Shown: positions 25,425 through 34,214 of the stretch, one piece after another
Position numbering within the stretch: the stretch's first letter is position 1
Layout: each line of letters starts with the position of its first letter
From: an uncultured Limnohabitans sp.
GTDB taxonomy: Bacteria > Pseudomonadota > Gammaproteobacteria > Burkholderiales > Burkholderiaceae_C
NCBI GenBank assembly: GCA_964422575.1
Contig: CAYRBW010000001.1
Coordinates: 1 to 39,730 of the forward strand
Direction: 5' to 3'
Length of the DNA stretch: 39,730 nt
Notes under the pieces: model-generated
Told to the model about the DNA's origin: nothing
The model's input: only the letters and a program-made list of their open reading frames with translations
Database searches by the model: none
Made by a program: the position numbers and the translations under genes

Positions 25425-27769
25425 GTCCGCTCCACCAGCTGTTTTGCCAAGGCCACCTCGATGCTGTCACCATCTTGGTTCAGAACTTCCAGACCGGTCT
25501 CAGGCATGTCACCAGATGTGGACTGTGAGACGGCAATTTTCTTGGCCATGAGTGTCAGGCATTGCTCTTGAGCGCTGCCTTCATAACCCAGGAAAATCAC
25601 CTCGACCGCCACTCTTTGCCCAATTCGCCAGCTGCGCCGAGACGCTTGCTGGAGTGTGTAGACGTTGTAGCCTGTTTGCATGAACACAATGGTGGGAAAC
25701 TCCAGCATGTCCAGGCCTGTCTTGACCAGCTCGGGGTTTGTGATGATGACATCGACCCCTCGCTCGACTTGATCGGCTAACCAATCCTCACGTTTTGCAG
25801 CCTCAACCGTGGCGCGTAGCACTGCGACCTTGAAACCCGCTTGTTCCAACATGACTTTGAGCCTTGCCGTGGTGTCACGTCCACCTGTGTAGGTGGTGTA
25901 AACCAAGACGCGGCGGCCACGTTGACGCTGCAGGCGACAAATTTCAAGCAGCTTTCGTTCCTTGGGCATCTGCTCCACGTCGCTGTAGAGACTGGGGGCC
26001 GAGGCCAACAAAGTCTTGCGGTGTGGGTGATAGACGTTTTCCTCGCGGAAACAGCAGTCGGGCCAGGCCAAGAGCACGTTGAGAACCACCCCCAAAAGGG
26101 AATGATCGCCAGCGCGAAGTGAGTCGTTCAAGATGCGCCGCAGCGTCGTTGCAAGCCGTGTGTCGTAGACCAGTTTTTGCATCTCATCCATAGGAACGGG
26201 AATGAACGTCTCCTGGTAGGGAGGCAGAACATTTCCACCAATGTCTTTGAGCTTCAAAAACGCGGTGTAGGGCACCACATACCGCATGATCCCCTTGGGG
26301 CCAAATCCTGGCCCCTTGGTGATGCTGGTTTTGTCACGATTGCCCCGCGCCGTGCGGTGCGAGCCTTCGTCACGCTCCTTTTGCGTCTCGATCAACACGC
26401 CATGCGCTTGCATGAATGCGTTGCTGGCGGGGCCAATCGAGTTTCGCTCGTTGTAGTTGAAGCCGTCTTCAATCATCATCTTGGGATTCAGCCGGTAAAA
26501 CAGGTGAAACAAGTCATCTGCATAACCGCCCATCAAGGTGCCGGTGAGCAAGATGGTCTTGTTGGCACAAGCGGCCAGTACACCCATGGCTTGCCCTTGG
26601 GCAGAACCTTCGTTCTTGTACTCATGGCCTTCGTCCACCAGCAGGCAGCCAAAAAACCCCTTGGGCAAATAACGTTTGATGAACTCGGTGGGCTGGTAGC
26701 CCCCCTGACCAAAGCTGATTTCGTTGTTCCCGAGGAACCGCTCCATCCGCTTGGCTTGCCGATCGGAGAACAGGAGTTCACCATCGTCGTCCATCAGGTT
26801 GATGAAGTTGTGAAAATTGTCTTCCAGCATGCTGGCCAACATGACTTCACCAAAGTTCTTCACCAGGCGTTCGGCGGTTTTGTCACCGATGCTGGGGATT
26901 TGACGCAAAGCATCGAGGACACGTTCGCGTTGAGACTTGTCCGGTGTTTTACCCCGGGTCAAAGTCCACAGCGGCTCATCGCAGTGATGACAAGCCATAC
27001 GCCTGCGATTGAGGAAATCGCTGGCCATGTGCACTTGCAAAGGTGCGTTGTCATCGTCATGAACGATTTCACCGCAGTGGCTGCAAGCTGCTACTCGCAG
27101 CACCTGGCGTTCGCTGGCGTGACTACTTTGGCCATCACCGTTTTCACGGCTGGTGCCGGTGATCCGGGTGACGTAAGAAGGTCTCCAGTCAAAGCCCATG
27201 CGCATGCGCACGCGGCCCAGGATGAAGAACTCAGGATGCTCTGGCTTGTTGCGCATCGAGCGGATCTGCAGCAGCTTTCGCAAAGTATCGGGCCCGTTCA
27301 AAATCCAGACCCGAGCATGAGGCACCGTTTGGATGATCTCGCGCCGCCACTTGTAGACCAAGTGAGGCGGTGAAATCACCAAGGTGCGCACAAACCCTTC
27401 AGCGTGCAGTACAGCGGCAGTGGCAATGCCCATGAGGGTCTTGCCGGTGCCCATTTCGCCGTTGATGACAGATCCAGATTCACCAGAACTGATCAGCAAT
27501 TCGCAAATGGCATGCACCACCTCGCGCTGCGCATCGAACGGTTGACGGATCAAGCCATCCAAAAGTGCATCCCATTGGGGGCGATGGTTGTCTTGATAGA
27601 TCGGTGGGTTTTGTGCCTGCACAGCACCCAGCAGACCATCACCAAATTGCGCAATGAAATCGGACAAGACAATGATTTGCTCTGGCGCATGCTGAGCAGG
27701 CGCAGCACTGGGTGTTTCAATTTCAATGGCATCGACCACGTCGGCCGGAGAGGTTGGATATGCATTCAT
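25421..27769 (-). CDS. ICE SNF2/DEAD-like helicase
   Basis: GEMGTGKT, DEGHE, LTGT, QASRRSWRIGQ; internal Zn ribbon and HhH. Confidence 0.93.
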   Translation of the reverse strand: MNAYPTSPADVVDAIEIETPSAAPAQHAPEQIIVLSDFIAQFGDGLLGAVQAQNPPIYQDNHRPQWDALLDGLIRQPFDAQREVVHAICELLISSGESGSVINGEMGTGKTLMGIATAAVLHAEGFVRTLVISPPHLVYKWRREIIQTVPHARVWILNGPDTLRKLLQIRSMRNKPEHPEFFILGRVRMRMGFDWRPSYVTRITGTSRENGDGQSSHASERQVLRVAACSHCGEIVHDDDNAPLQVHMASDFLNRRRMACHHCDEPLWTLTRGKTPDKSQRERVLDALRQIPSIGDKTAERLVKNFGEVMLASMLEDNFHNFINLMDDDGELLFSDRQAKRMERFLGNNEISFGQGGYQPTEFIKRYLPKGFFGCLLVDEGHEYKNEGSAQGQAMGVLAACANKTILLTGTLMGGYADDLFHLFYRLNPKMMIEDGFNYNERNSIGPASNAFMQAHGVLIETQKERDEGSHRTARGNRDKTSITKGPGFGPKGIMRYVVPYTAFLKLKDIGGNVLPPYQETFIPVPMDEMQKLVYDTRLATTLRRILNDSLRAGDHSLLGVVLNVLLAWPDCCFREENVYHPHRKTLLASAPSLYSDVEQMPKERKLLEICRLQRQRGRRVLVYTTYTGGRDTTARLKVMLEQAGFKVAVLRATVEAAKREDWLADQVERGVDVIITNPELVKTGLDMLEFPTIVFMQTGYNVYTLQQASRRSWRIGQRVAVEVIFLGYEGSAQEQCLTLMAKKIAVSQSTSGDMPETGLEVLNQDGDSIEVALAKQLVERT

Positions 27770-27836
27770 GGGGAAATCTCCAAATAAGCGCGAAGACCTC
27801 CCCCAGCGGGGATAGATCCCCGCATGGGTTGAAAAA
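27770..27836 (-). repeat. Structured leader R1 (helicase)
   Basis: TTTTTCAACCC-ATGCGGGGATCTATCCCC-GCT-GGGGGAGGTCTTCGC-...-GGAGA-ATG. Confidence 0.75.
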
Positions 27837-27872
27837 TGCCCTGGAAGCCGTCAAAACGGCCTCCAGGTAGGT

Positions 27873-28640
27873 TCACATGGCCAAAGCCATGCTGTCTGTT
27901 GGCGCTCGGGTTTTCGCCGTTTCATCGGCTCCATGCGCACTGGGCGGTGCCAAAGAGCGTGGAGACTCAAGAGCCAATCGGCCAGCACGTACCAAGTCGG
28001 TGACGATCTGAGCAAATTGGTCCTGGTTCAGGGTGACTTTCATGACCACGAAATCACCTACTGGCTCAGAGAGCAGTGGGTTGATGTCTTCGTGGCCACG
28101 TTGTCCCATGCGCAGCAGCATGCTGTGCTCAATGGCTGCAATCACGGGATCGCGCCAATGCGGCAGCAGCGGAATGCTGGCCAGTTGTCCGATCGCAGCC
28201 CATATTCGGGTTTTGATCTTTTCCACCAGACCCGGTTGGAGCTGGTGCGCAGTGGATACCCGCTCACCGTGAGGCATGCGAGGCACTGATTCCATCACCC
28301 AAGCCACGTCAGCGCCCTTGACGGGTGCCAAAATGACCGGGTTGTAGAGCCACAGATGGTTTAAGTTCCCGTACACGCACTTGGGCAGTCGCCCACTGAG
28401 CTTGTCCAGATCCTTGGCATTGCCGATGAAGACCTTGTGCGATCGCAAATCGTTGGACTGCGTCTTAAGGGTCAACTCTTGCAGGCCATCTTGGTGCTGA
28501 GCACCGAGTTGCATGCGAGCCAACAACTCCTTGATGGCCGTATCACGCCCGTAAGCGCTGAGCATCAAGAGCCGCCCCGCTTCGTCACGGATGCAAGCAT
28601 CCACAAACACACCTTGGCAGCGGTCGATTTCATACAGCAT
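27873..28640 (-). CDS. Conserved ICE hypothetical protein
   Basis: VDAC.RD..G.L..LS..GRDTA..E.LAR and PLL.HW motifs; RBS AGGAG. Confidence 0.75.
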   Translation of the reverse strand: MLYEIDRCQGVFVDACIRDEAGRLLMLSAYGRDTAIKELLARMQLGAQHQDGLQELTLKTQSNDLRSHKVFIGNAKDLDKLSGRLPKCVYGNLNHLWLYNPVILAPVKGADVAWVMESVPRMPHGERVSTAHQLQPGLVEKIKTRIWAAIGQLASIPLLPHWRDPVIAAIEHSMLLRMGQRGHEDINPLLSEPVGDFVVMKVTLNQDQFAQIVTDLVRAGRLALESPRSLAPPSAHGADETAKTRAPTDSMALAM

Positions 28641-29046
28641 GATCAGGCTCCTGTTGGTCGTCTTCACGCACATTCAGGGCTTTGCCATATTTGCGCTGAT
28701 GTTGCGCCTCGTAGTACTTTCTGATTTCACTCTTGAGCGCATCCAGAAAGCCTAAGGTGGTGAACACCAGGCTGTGCTGCTCGCGCACCACGTTTTCAGT
28801 GACACGCTTGGGCAAGCCATGGATCAGCGTTTTTGAGAAATCACCGTCTAGCCCGAACGCCAGAACGTGCCTCTCAAAACTGCCTTCAATGCGACTGACA
28901 GTAGCCTGCGTGCGCAAACCTTTGGCCGGAGCCATGGGCTTGTACGTCGATATTTTGAGCGCCTGCTTGGCACCCAGTTCAATCTGTGTGAAGGCGCGCC
29001 AGCCATCACGCTTGTTAAAGTGGAAGTGAGTTTCAAAGGTTTCCAT
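28630..29046 (-). CDS. Hypothetical protein
   Basis: RBS AGGAG and leader R2 directly upstream of ATG 29046. Confidence 0.75.
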   Translation of the reverse strand: METFETHFHFNKRDGWRAFTQIELGAKQALKISTYKPMAPAKGLRTQATVSRIEGSFERHVLAFGLDGDFSKTLIHGLPKRVTENVVREQHSLVFTTLGFLDALKSEIRKYYEAQHQRKYGKALNVREDDQQEPDHAV

Positions 29047-29110
29047 GGTCGATCTCCTAAAAAATGCGAGAACACCCCCCATGCGGGATGCCCCGCTGGG
29101 GTTGAGAAAA
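29047..29110 (-). repeat. Structured leader R2
   Basis: TTTTCTCAACCC-CAGCGGGGCATCCC-GCAT-GGGGGGTGTTCTCGC-ATTTTTT-AGGAGA. Confidence 0.75.
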
Positions 29111-29171
29111 AGTTACATCAGTCCTTGCTGGGACATAGACAGTGCAATGCCCTCTCCCACAATGATGTGGT

Positions 29172-29224
29172 TTTAAAAAACATGAAGCCATCCCCCGTGG
29201 GGTGGCCTCACAGGGTTGAAAAAA
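29172..29224 (-). repeat. Structured leader R3 (no sizeable gene behind it)
   Basis: TTTTTTCAACCC-TGTGAGGCCACCCC-ACG-GGGGATGGCTTCATG-TTTTTT. Confidence 0.7.
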
Positions 29225-29259
29225 TCGCCTCAATAATTGGCGTCTGACATGTTTCCTTG

Positions 29260-30366
29260 TTATTGAATCGTGACCAGGTTCCCAAACATGGGGCCCGGCG
29301 TGAACTCAATCGCTCGGATGACGGGGACGAATTTGTCCGTGAAAGTGCGCACTTCGCGCATTTCCCCGGCTTTGCCCAATTCCTCAAATGAAACCTTCAA
29401 AGCTCGGTTTTTATGGGTATCGCCTTTGACAAGCAATACCCGTCCGTCTCCCGATCGCACCACGCCAGAAATCTGGCCAGCCGCAAGGGCCAGTGCCAAA
29501 TGCCAGTCGCGCAGCGCCCGAAGCGGTCTTCGATGTGGCTGTACACGTCCACCAAAGTGTTGTTCAAACTGCGGCCACAGCGTTGATCGCTGCATACGTT
29601 CCAACTCATGGGCCAGGCCCTCAGGCTCGATGCGATGAGCAACGAACTGAAGGTTATCCAGCACGCAAGCGGGCACTTGGTAGCAAGGCCAGGCCCAATG
29701 CTCAGGAAGCTCCGGAGGAAGCTTGCCTGTGCCCATGGCCTGCAGCTGAGCCGCCATATCGGCATCTAACCGATCGAACTTGCGTTTGATGCCAAAGATC
29801 ACGCACTGCTTGAACTGCTGCTCTGGTGCCATGAAGACACGCACATCGCGGTAGCTTTTGGCAATCAGCGCAGAAAATTCAGCGTCAAACACATAGTGGG
29901 GCACGATCAAAATCAAAATGCCATCAGGCATGAGCCAGGGGTGAGCCAGTCTGTAGAAGTGCTTTTCCAGTCGCTTTTTGCCGCCAGTGGCAGCATCGAG
30001 CTGGGCCTGGTCGGACACCATGTCGCCATAAGGGGGGTTGAGGAACAGCAGTCCAAATTGACGCACCTTGATCGCCATCTCGGCGATGTCGGCATGCGCT
30101 ACCTGGTTCAGCCATTGGCGGGCGTTGTGTGCCCGCTCTGCGTTGTATTCCACACCGTAAGATTCGGGCGCAGCACCCAGCTCCTGCAGGTGGTTTTGCA
30201 CCTCGGCCAACGCTGCACCCTCGCCGCAGCAAGGGTCCAAAATGGCCAATTTCTGTGATGGCGGCGCATCAAGCGCCTGCAAAATACGACCCATCGTCAC
30301 TTCGTCGGTCGGGAAATATCCGTTTTTGACAAAGTTGTGGGCCAGTCGAGAAAACATCAGTGCCAT
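29260..30366 (-). CDS. ICE DNA methyltransferase (DUF6094-type)
   Basis: MALMF.RLA.NF.KNGYFPTD, LDPCCGEG, LFLNPPYG. Confidence 0.92.
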   Translation of the reverse strand: MALMFSRLAHNFVKNGYFPTDEVTMGRILQALDAPPSQKLAILDPCCGEGAALAEVQNHLQELGAAPESYGVEYNAERAHNARQWLNQVAHADIAEMAIKVRQFGLLFLNPPYGDMVSDQAQLDAATGGKKRLEKHFYRLAHPWLMPDGILILIVPHYVFDAEFSALIAKSYRDVRVFMAPEQQFKQCVIFGIKRKFDRLDADMAAQLQAMGTGKLPPELPEHWAWPCYQVPACVLDNLQFVAHRIEPEGLAHELERMQRSTLWPQFEQHFGGRVQPHRRPLRALRDWHLALALAAGQISGVVRSGDGRVLLVKGDTHKNRALKVSFEELGKAGEMREVRTFTDKFVPVIRAIEFTPGPMFGNLVTIQ

Positions 30367-30435
30367 GAGGCATCTCCTTAAAAAATGGCCGGAGATGCCC
30401 CCAGCGGGGCATGCCCCGGCCGGGTGGTTAAAAAA
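30367..30435 (-). repeat. Structured leader R4 (methyltransferase)
   Basis: TTTTTTAACCACCC-GGCCGGGGCATGCCCC-GCT-GGGGGCATCTCCGGCC-ATTTTTT-AAGGAGATGC. Confidence 0.8.
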
Positions 30436-30438
30436 TGA

Positions 30439-30783
30439 TCAGCTGTGATGGGCAGCGGCGTGGCCAACCTTGTAAGCCTCCTTCATGGCTTCCTCAAGGC
30501 GGCTGCGACTGAAGCCAAGGGCGTGTTGAAGATCAGCGGCTTGATCGTCAGCGGTAAGCCCTGGATTTCCAAAATGACAGACCAATAAGCGGTTGACCGC
30601 CTCGGCTGCCTGGGGTGTCAGTTTTGCTTGCTGACAATCATGCTCAGTTTGCAAAATATTGCGGTGAACGCTTTTGACCAGTTCCGCCAGATCGAGCAGT
30701 TTCATGCGCATGTCAGTTGAGGCGTGCCGGAGCAAGCCACCAAACACTTCTCGCAGCTCCTGGGTTTGAGCATCAAGCGACAT
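30439..30783 (-). CDS. Hypothetical protein
   Basis: RBS AGGAGG before ATG 30783; overlaps the DUF3275 stop. Confidence 0.7.
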   Translation of the reverse strand: MSLDAQTQELREVFGGLLRHASTDMRMKLLDLAELVKSVHRNILQTEHDCQQAKLTPQAAEAVNRLLVCHFGNPGLTADDQAADLQHALGFSRSRLEEAMKEAYKVGHAAAHHS

Positions 30784-31393
30784 TGCTTCCTCCTGATAGC
30801 ACCCACTGCTGGGATTTGGCATCGAACTGGTAACCCACCGCCTTCAGCCGTTCGCGTTGTGATCGAAATTGCACACGGTCCACGGTGGGATCGAGTGAAA
30901 TTTGCTGAGCACGTTGTATGAACAGTGCATGGAGTTCAATACCGAAAAGCTTCAAATCATCGTCTGTCGTGGGAGTTGCACCCATTGCAGCTTGCTCCTT
31001 GGGATGGAGGGCTGCTGGGACAGTCTGAGTCGGCTTGGACTCTGGAATGACCGGTGTTTGCTGAGCATCATCGTCTACCGGATCTGGTTCTGCCTGAATG
31101 CCTTGCGCGCCAGGTGCATCGTCGTCACCAGTCTGCTGCTCATCATCAATTAGAAACCCACCGTCGGCAATCTTGGCCAGCAGCTCTGTGAAGGTGCCGC
31201 CACGCCATGGCACAGCTTTGGTGAAAATCTCTTCGACAAGGAATTGCCCGCGATAGTTGCCGGGCTCGAATTGGTCCAGTTCTTTGTCTTTGACTTTGAA
31301 CTGCCCGATGCTGGTCTGAAGCAGGCCGACACAAAAGGGGCCGTGACGGCCGCGAATTTGCTCAACGATGAGCGTGCCTATGAATTTTTCCAT
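30773..31393 (-). CRISPR. DUF3275 family ICE protein (CDS; not a CRISPR feature)
   Basis: Superseded entry; see the CDS record with the same coordinates. Confidence 0.
30773..31393 (-). CDS. DUF3275 family ICE protein
   Basis: I.GR.GPF.VG.L.TSIG.F.VKD.ELDQ...G.Y.G.F and LDPTVDR..FR.Q..RL motifs. Confidence 0.88.
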   Translation of the reverse strand: MEKFIGTLIVEQIRGRHGPFCVGLLQTSIGQFKVKDKELDQFEPGNYRGQFLVEEIFTKAVPWRGGTFTELLAKIADGGFLIDDEQQTGDDDAPGAQGIQAEPDPVDDDAQQTPVIPESKPTQTVPAALHPKEQAAMGATPTTDDDLKLFGIELHALFIQRAQQISLDPTVDRVQFRSQRERLKAVGYQFDAKSQQWVLSGGSNVA

Positions 31394-31464
31394 GTGGTTC
31401 TCCTGGTGGTTTAAAAACCAAAGGGAACCACTCCCGAGGGGTGATTCCCCCTGGGGTGGTGAAA
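31394..31464 (-). repeat. Structured leader R5 (DUF3275)
   Basis: TTTCACCACCC-CAGGGGGAATCACCCC-TC-GGGAGTGGTTCCCT-TTGGTTTTT...AGGAGAACCAC-ATG. Confidence 0.8.
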
Positions 31465-31474
31465 GGCCGAAGAA

Positions 31475-31984
31475 TCAGCCGAGGTATTTCAATGCCGCCA
31501 GCATGATGCCGTTGGCTGCCACAACAAAAGTGACCAGTTTCCAGGTCTGTTCGTTGAGCGCTTTGTGTATATCGGCACGCAAGCCAGCAAGATCTTGCTT
31601 GAGTTCATACTTCAGCAAAACGCCATCTGCCTTGGTCATAAGTTGATCGTGCATTTCGGCACGAACAGCCTCCTGGCCACAAACGATGGCAGCTTCAACT
31701 TGTCGCTCGACACGGCGTGTCGCATCCGGCGGCTTGACACCGGCCTTGGTCAAAACTTCCATGACGCAGACCCACGATTGATCAGGTGCTTGTTTCCAAG
31801 CGTGACCGATACACAGGCCGTCTTCGAAGAAGGTATTGACAACGACGCCTTCTGCCGAGGACCCATCTAAGATGAAATGATTGAAAACTTGCGCCTCCAT
31901 TGCAATGTGCATTGATGATGTCTTCGCAAGTGGATGTAAACCACTGTGAGTAACTTCCATTTCTGGATTGGTGAGTGACGACAT
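31475..31984 (-). CDS. Protein with DUF1640/CCDC90-like coiled coil and C-terminal TM
   Basis: LMTKAD...ELKQDLAGLRADIHKAL..QTW then a hydrophobic tail; ATG 31984 behind leader R6. Confidence 0.7.
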   Translation of the reverse strand: MSSLTNPEMEVTHSGLHPLAKTSSMHIAMEAQVFNHFILDGSSAEGVVVNTFFEDGLCIGHAWKQAPDQSWVCVMEVLTKAGVKPPDATRRVERQVEAAIVCGQEAVRAEMHDQLMTKADGVLLKYELKQDLAGLRADIHKALNEQTWKLVTFVVAANGIMLAALKYLG

Positions 31985-32051
31985 AAATTTCTCCCGAAGA
32001 TTGAGATGAGGAGAACCACCCAAGCGGGTGATTCCCCCTAGGGTGTTTGAA
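31985..32051 (-). repeat. Structured leader R6
   Basis: TTCAAACACCC-TAGGGGGAATCACCC-GCTT-GGGTGGTTCTCC-...-GGGAGAAATTT-ATG. Confidence 0.75.
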
Positions 32052-32091
32052 TGTTCAGTAGCCCAAGGGCTCCAAACGGACGGATTGAAAG

Positions 32092-32454
32092 TCAATTGTC
32101 CTCAGCGCGCCAGATAGCGGTTTGAGGCAGATTTTGATGAGCTGTGAACAAGAAATTGATTTGATCTTTTTCTTGCAACGCGAAACATGCCCATCTGAGG
32201 CATTGAGCCTCCTCCGGTGTTTCGGCCACAAGCGTGAGACCTGTTTCAATTTTTGAATCCACGTCGATCACGAAGTGTTGATGCTCAGGTACAAGTCCTG
32301 TCACGGGATCTTCATCCACCGTCAAGGAGCCTCCTTGACGGTGAAATTGAATCCAGCGATCACGGGTGTTGACCAGCACGTCCATGCCTTGGGGCCCAGC
32401 GCACACGGTCACACCTGTGACGGCACCGTTGTTAGGGGTGACGAGGATTTTCAT
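32092..32454 (-). CDS. Hypothetical protein
   Basis: ATGA overlap with the upstream gene; 120 aa. Confidence 0.6.
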   Translation of the reverse strand: MKILVTPNNGAVTGVTVCAGPQGMDVLVNTRDRWIQFHRQGGSLTVDEDPVTGLVPEHQHFVIDVDSKIETGLTLVAETPEEAQCLRWACFALQEKDQINFLFTAHQNLPQTAIWRAEDN

Positions 32455-32690
32455 GGGGTTTCTCTTTGAGTCCAAGAATCCTCATCAAGAGCTGCTTGCG
32501 CCTTGATTTCTGTGGGGAAATATTCCACAGATTCGCGTGAGCAAGGACCAGATTCCGGGTCGAAAGTACCAATGTAAAAGCCTGCATTTGAGCGCAGAAT
32601 TTGCAGAGGCAGCCGCTTATTGCACCAATCACGAGCTAGTTCACCCATGCGTTGACGAGTTGTTTGAGAATTGAGGTTGGTTGTAGACAT
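32451..32690 (-). CDS. Conserved small ICE protein
   Basis: LPLQILRSNAGFYIGT...GPCSRESVEYF motif typical of PFGI-1-class ICEs; RBS AGGAG. Confidence 0.8.
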   Translation of the reverse strand: MSTTNLNSQTTRQRMGELARDWCNKRLPLQILRSNAGFYIGTFDPESGPCSRESVEYFPTEIKAQAALDEDSWTQRETP

Positions 32691-32855
32691 AAATTTCTCC
32701 TGCTGAGGTTGACAATTTCAGAGAGCGTTTGTGCAAAACTGGCGAGATGCCAGAACGCACAAATCACCTCACTGCTGTAGCGGGCAAATTCGACATAGAT
32801 GCCGAAGTTGCCCGGTTGTTGGAGATGCCTGATGCAAAACAGGCCATGCCATTGA

Positions 32856-33119
32856 TCAAACAACTCGCAAGGCGGGTCCGCCCAGCGGCCAATTCACCGC
32901 TTGCAATCGTTGATGCAGGTTCGCAGGCAATTTCTCGCGTCGAACAGGGTCTTCAAGACAGTCACGAATGAACGTGATCATCGAGCAAACCTTGGTTGAT
33001 GGGAAATCACACAACAGCTCATCGAGCTGATCGGTTTCCTGCTCAGACGCATTCGACAACCAATTTCGGAAAATTGAATGAAACGAATAGCGTGATGCAG
33101 AAGTCAAGAGGGGTTTCAT
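32856..33119 (-). CDS. Hypothetical protein (possibly 3'-truncated)
   Basis: ATG 33119 behind leader R7 with GGAGA RBS. Confidence 0.5.
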   Translation of the reverse strand: MKPLLTSASRYSFHSIFRNWLSNASEQETDQLDELLCDFPSTKVCSMITFIRDCLEDPVRREKLPANLHQRLQAVNWPLGGPALRVV

Positions 33120-33184
33120 GTGCTGTCTCCAAAAATGAGGACAGCAGACCCTGTAGGGACTGAGGTCCCCGGGTGGGTGAAAAA
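33120..33184 (-). repeat. Structured leader R7
   Basis: TTTTTCACCCACCC-GGGGACCTCAGTCCC-TACA-GGGTCTGCTGTCCTC-ATTTTT-GGAGACAGCAC-ATG. Confidence 0.78.
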
Positions 33185-33189
33185 TGCTC

Positions 33190-33820
33190 CGACGAGAATC
33201 GCCGATCATGTGCCTTGTGAGCGCAGAGGATCTGGAGCCTGACGATTGGGTGCTGGCGGGCCAGCGTCGCAAAAAGGCTTGCGCCTTCGTGTGATAAAGC
33301 AACTTTTCTGAACCCAGACGAATCTCACATGGCCATGGGATCGAATGCACTCAGAAAAGTCGCCTGGAGGGGCGACTTCATCACGGCACGCAGTGAAGGT
33401 GCCAGTCTGAAACGGATCGGTTTTTGGGGTGCCGCACACCCGGGAAGACAGGTTTGCCGACGAACGGCCCTGGGCTGCTTGATTAGCAGGCCGGGGCCGT
33501 CAGTGACTGAGAGGGAGGGTATAGGGGCAACGGTTCTTGACGCCGTTGCGGGAGGGACCTTGGGCTTACTTTACCCTCCCCATGGGGAACCCGGCGAACC
33601 GGTGGGTGTGTTGCATCCAAGTGCAGAAGGCAGGGAGCTGCCGAAAGTCAAAACGCCCTGGACAACCGAAGTTGCCGCTGCCAGTCGAAGACTCAGGACC
33701 TAACAGCTGTGCTGGCAAGCCAGCGGTGACCGTTCACAGAGGCGCTGAACGGTCAAGGGCGCCAAGGAATCTGTAGTGTAGAACACTTCTTGGTGTCCTC
33801 TTTGCAGAGGGACACGGAGA
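33190..33820 (-). promoter_or_regulatory. Hairpin-rich non-coding region, Frpo/ssi-like single-strand element
   Basis: Several 6-10 bp inverted repeats and no credible ORF; motifs CCCTCCCTCTCAGTCACTGACGGCCCCGGCCTGC and CGCCCTTGACCG recalled from plasmid leading regions. Confidence 0.55.
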
Positions 33821-33825
33821 AATGA

Positions 33826-33936
33826 TCAGTTATCTGACTTGGATTGATGCTCATCTTCGGGATGCTTGACCACATACCAAGCCATCAAGGCAAGCACAGA
33901 CACAGATATCAGCAAAACTTCAATTAACGGGGTCAT
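33826..33936 (-). CDS. 36-aa single-TM protein (not in the ORF track)
   Basis: MTPLIEVLLISVSVLALMAWYVVKHPEDEHQSKSDN; RBS GAGGAG; ATGA overlap with the upstream gene. Confidence 0.65.
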   Translation of the reverse strand: MTPLIEVLLISVSVLALMAWYVVKHPEDEHQSKSDN

Positions 33937-34124
33937 TTTGTACTCCTCAAAATACAACTGATTGATATCAGTATAAAACAAACCAAAAACAGAACGCCAA
34001 TTTCCCAGCGACTGATCTGACTATGGCCTGAAGCGCCCACAACGGCACCAATGAACGATGACGCGCCCAATGTATCCAAAAAACGGGCAAACCCTTCTTT
34101 TTGTTCTTTGTTGAATCTCAACAC
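33933..34124 (-). CDS. Small 2-TM membrane protein
   Basis: GTG start 6 nt after GGAG; two hydrophobic segments. Confidence 0.6.
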   Translation of the reverse strand: MLRFNKEQKEGFARFLDTLGASSFIGAVVGASGHSQISRWEIGVLFLVCFILISISCILRSTK

Positions 34125-34160
34125 GGTGTACTCCAAATTTCGGTGTCCTTAGAAAGTACA

Positions 34161-34195
34161 AAGCCCCCCACAGCTACAAGAGCGGTGGGGGGCTT
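34161..34195 (-). terminator. Hairpin/terminator after DUF3577
   Basis: AAGCCCCCCAC/GTGGGGGGCTT 11-bp stem; weak T-tract. Confidence 0.6.
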
Positions 34196-34214
34196 GCGGG
34201 AATGCCCTCAGGGC

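Noticed and set aside
26177-27373. 398-aa plus-strand ORF
   Set aside because: Antisense shadow of the helicase; no motifs
30773-31393. Feature entry typed CRISPR with confidence 0
   Set aside because: Mislabelled duplicate of the DUF3275 CDS; there is no CRISPR array anywhere in this window
33206-33776. Several 77-124 aa ORFs in the hairpin-rich region
   Set aside because: No RBS or protein-like composition; better explained as a structured non-coding element
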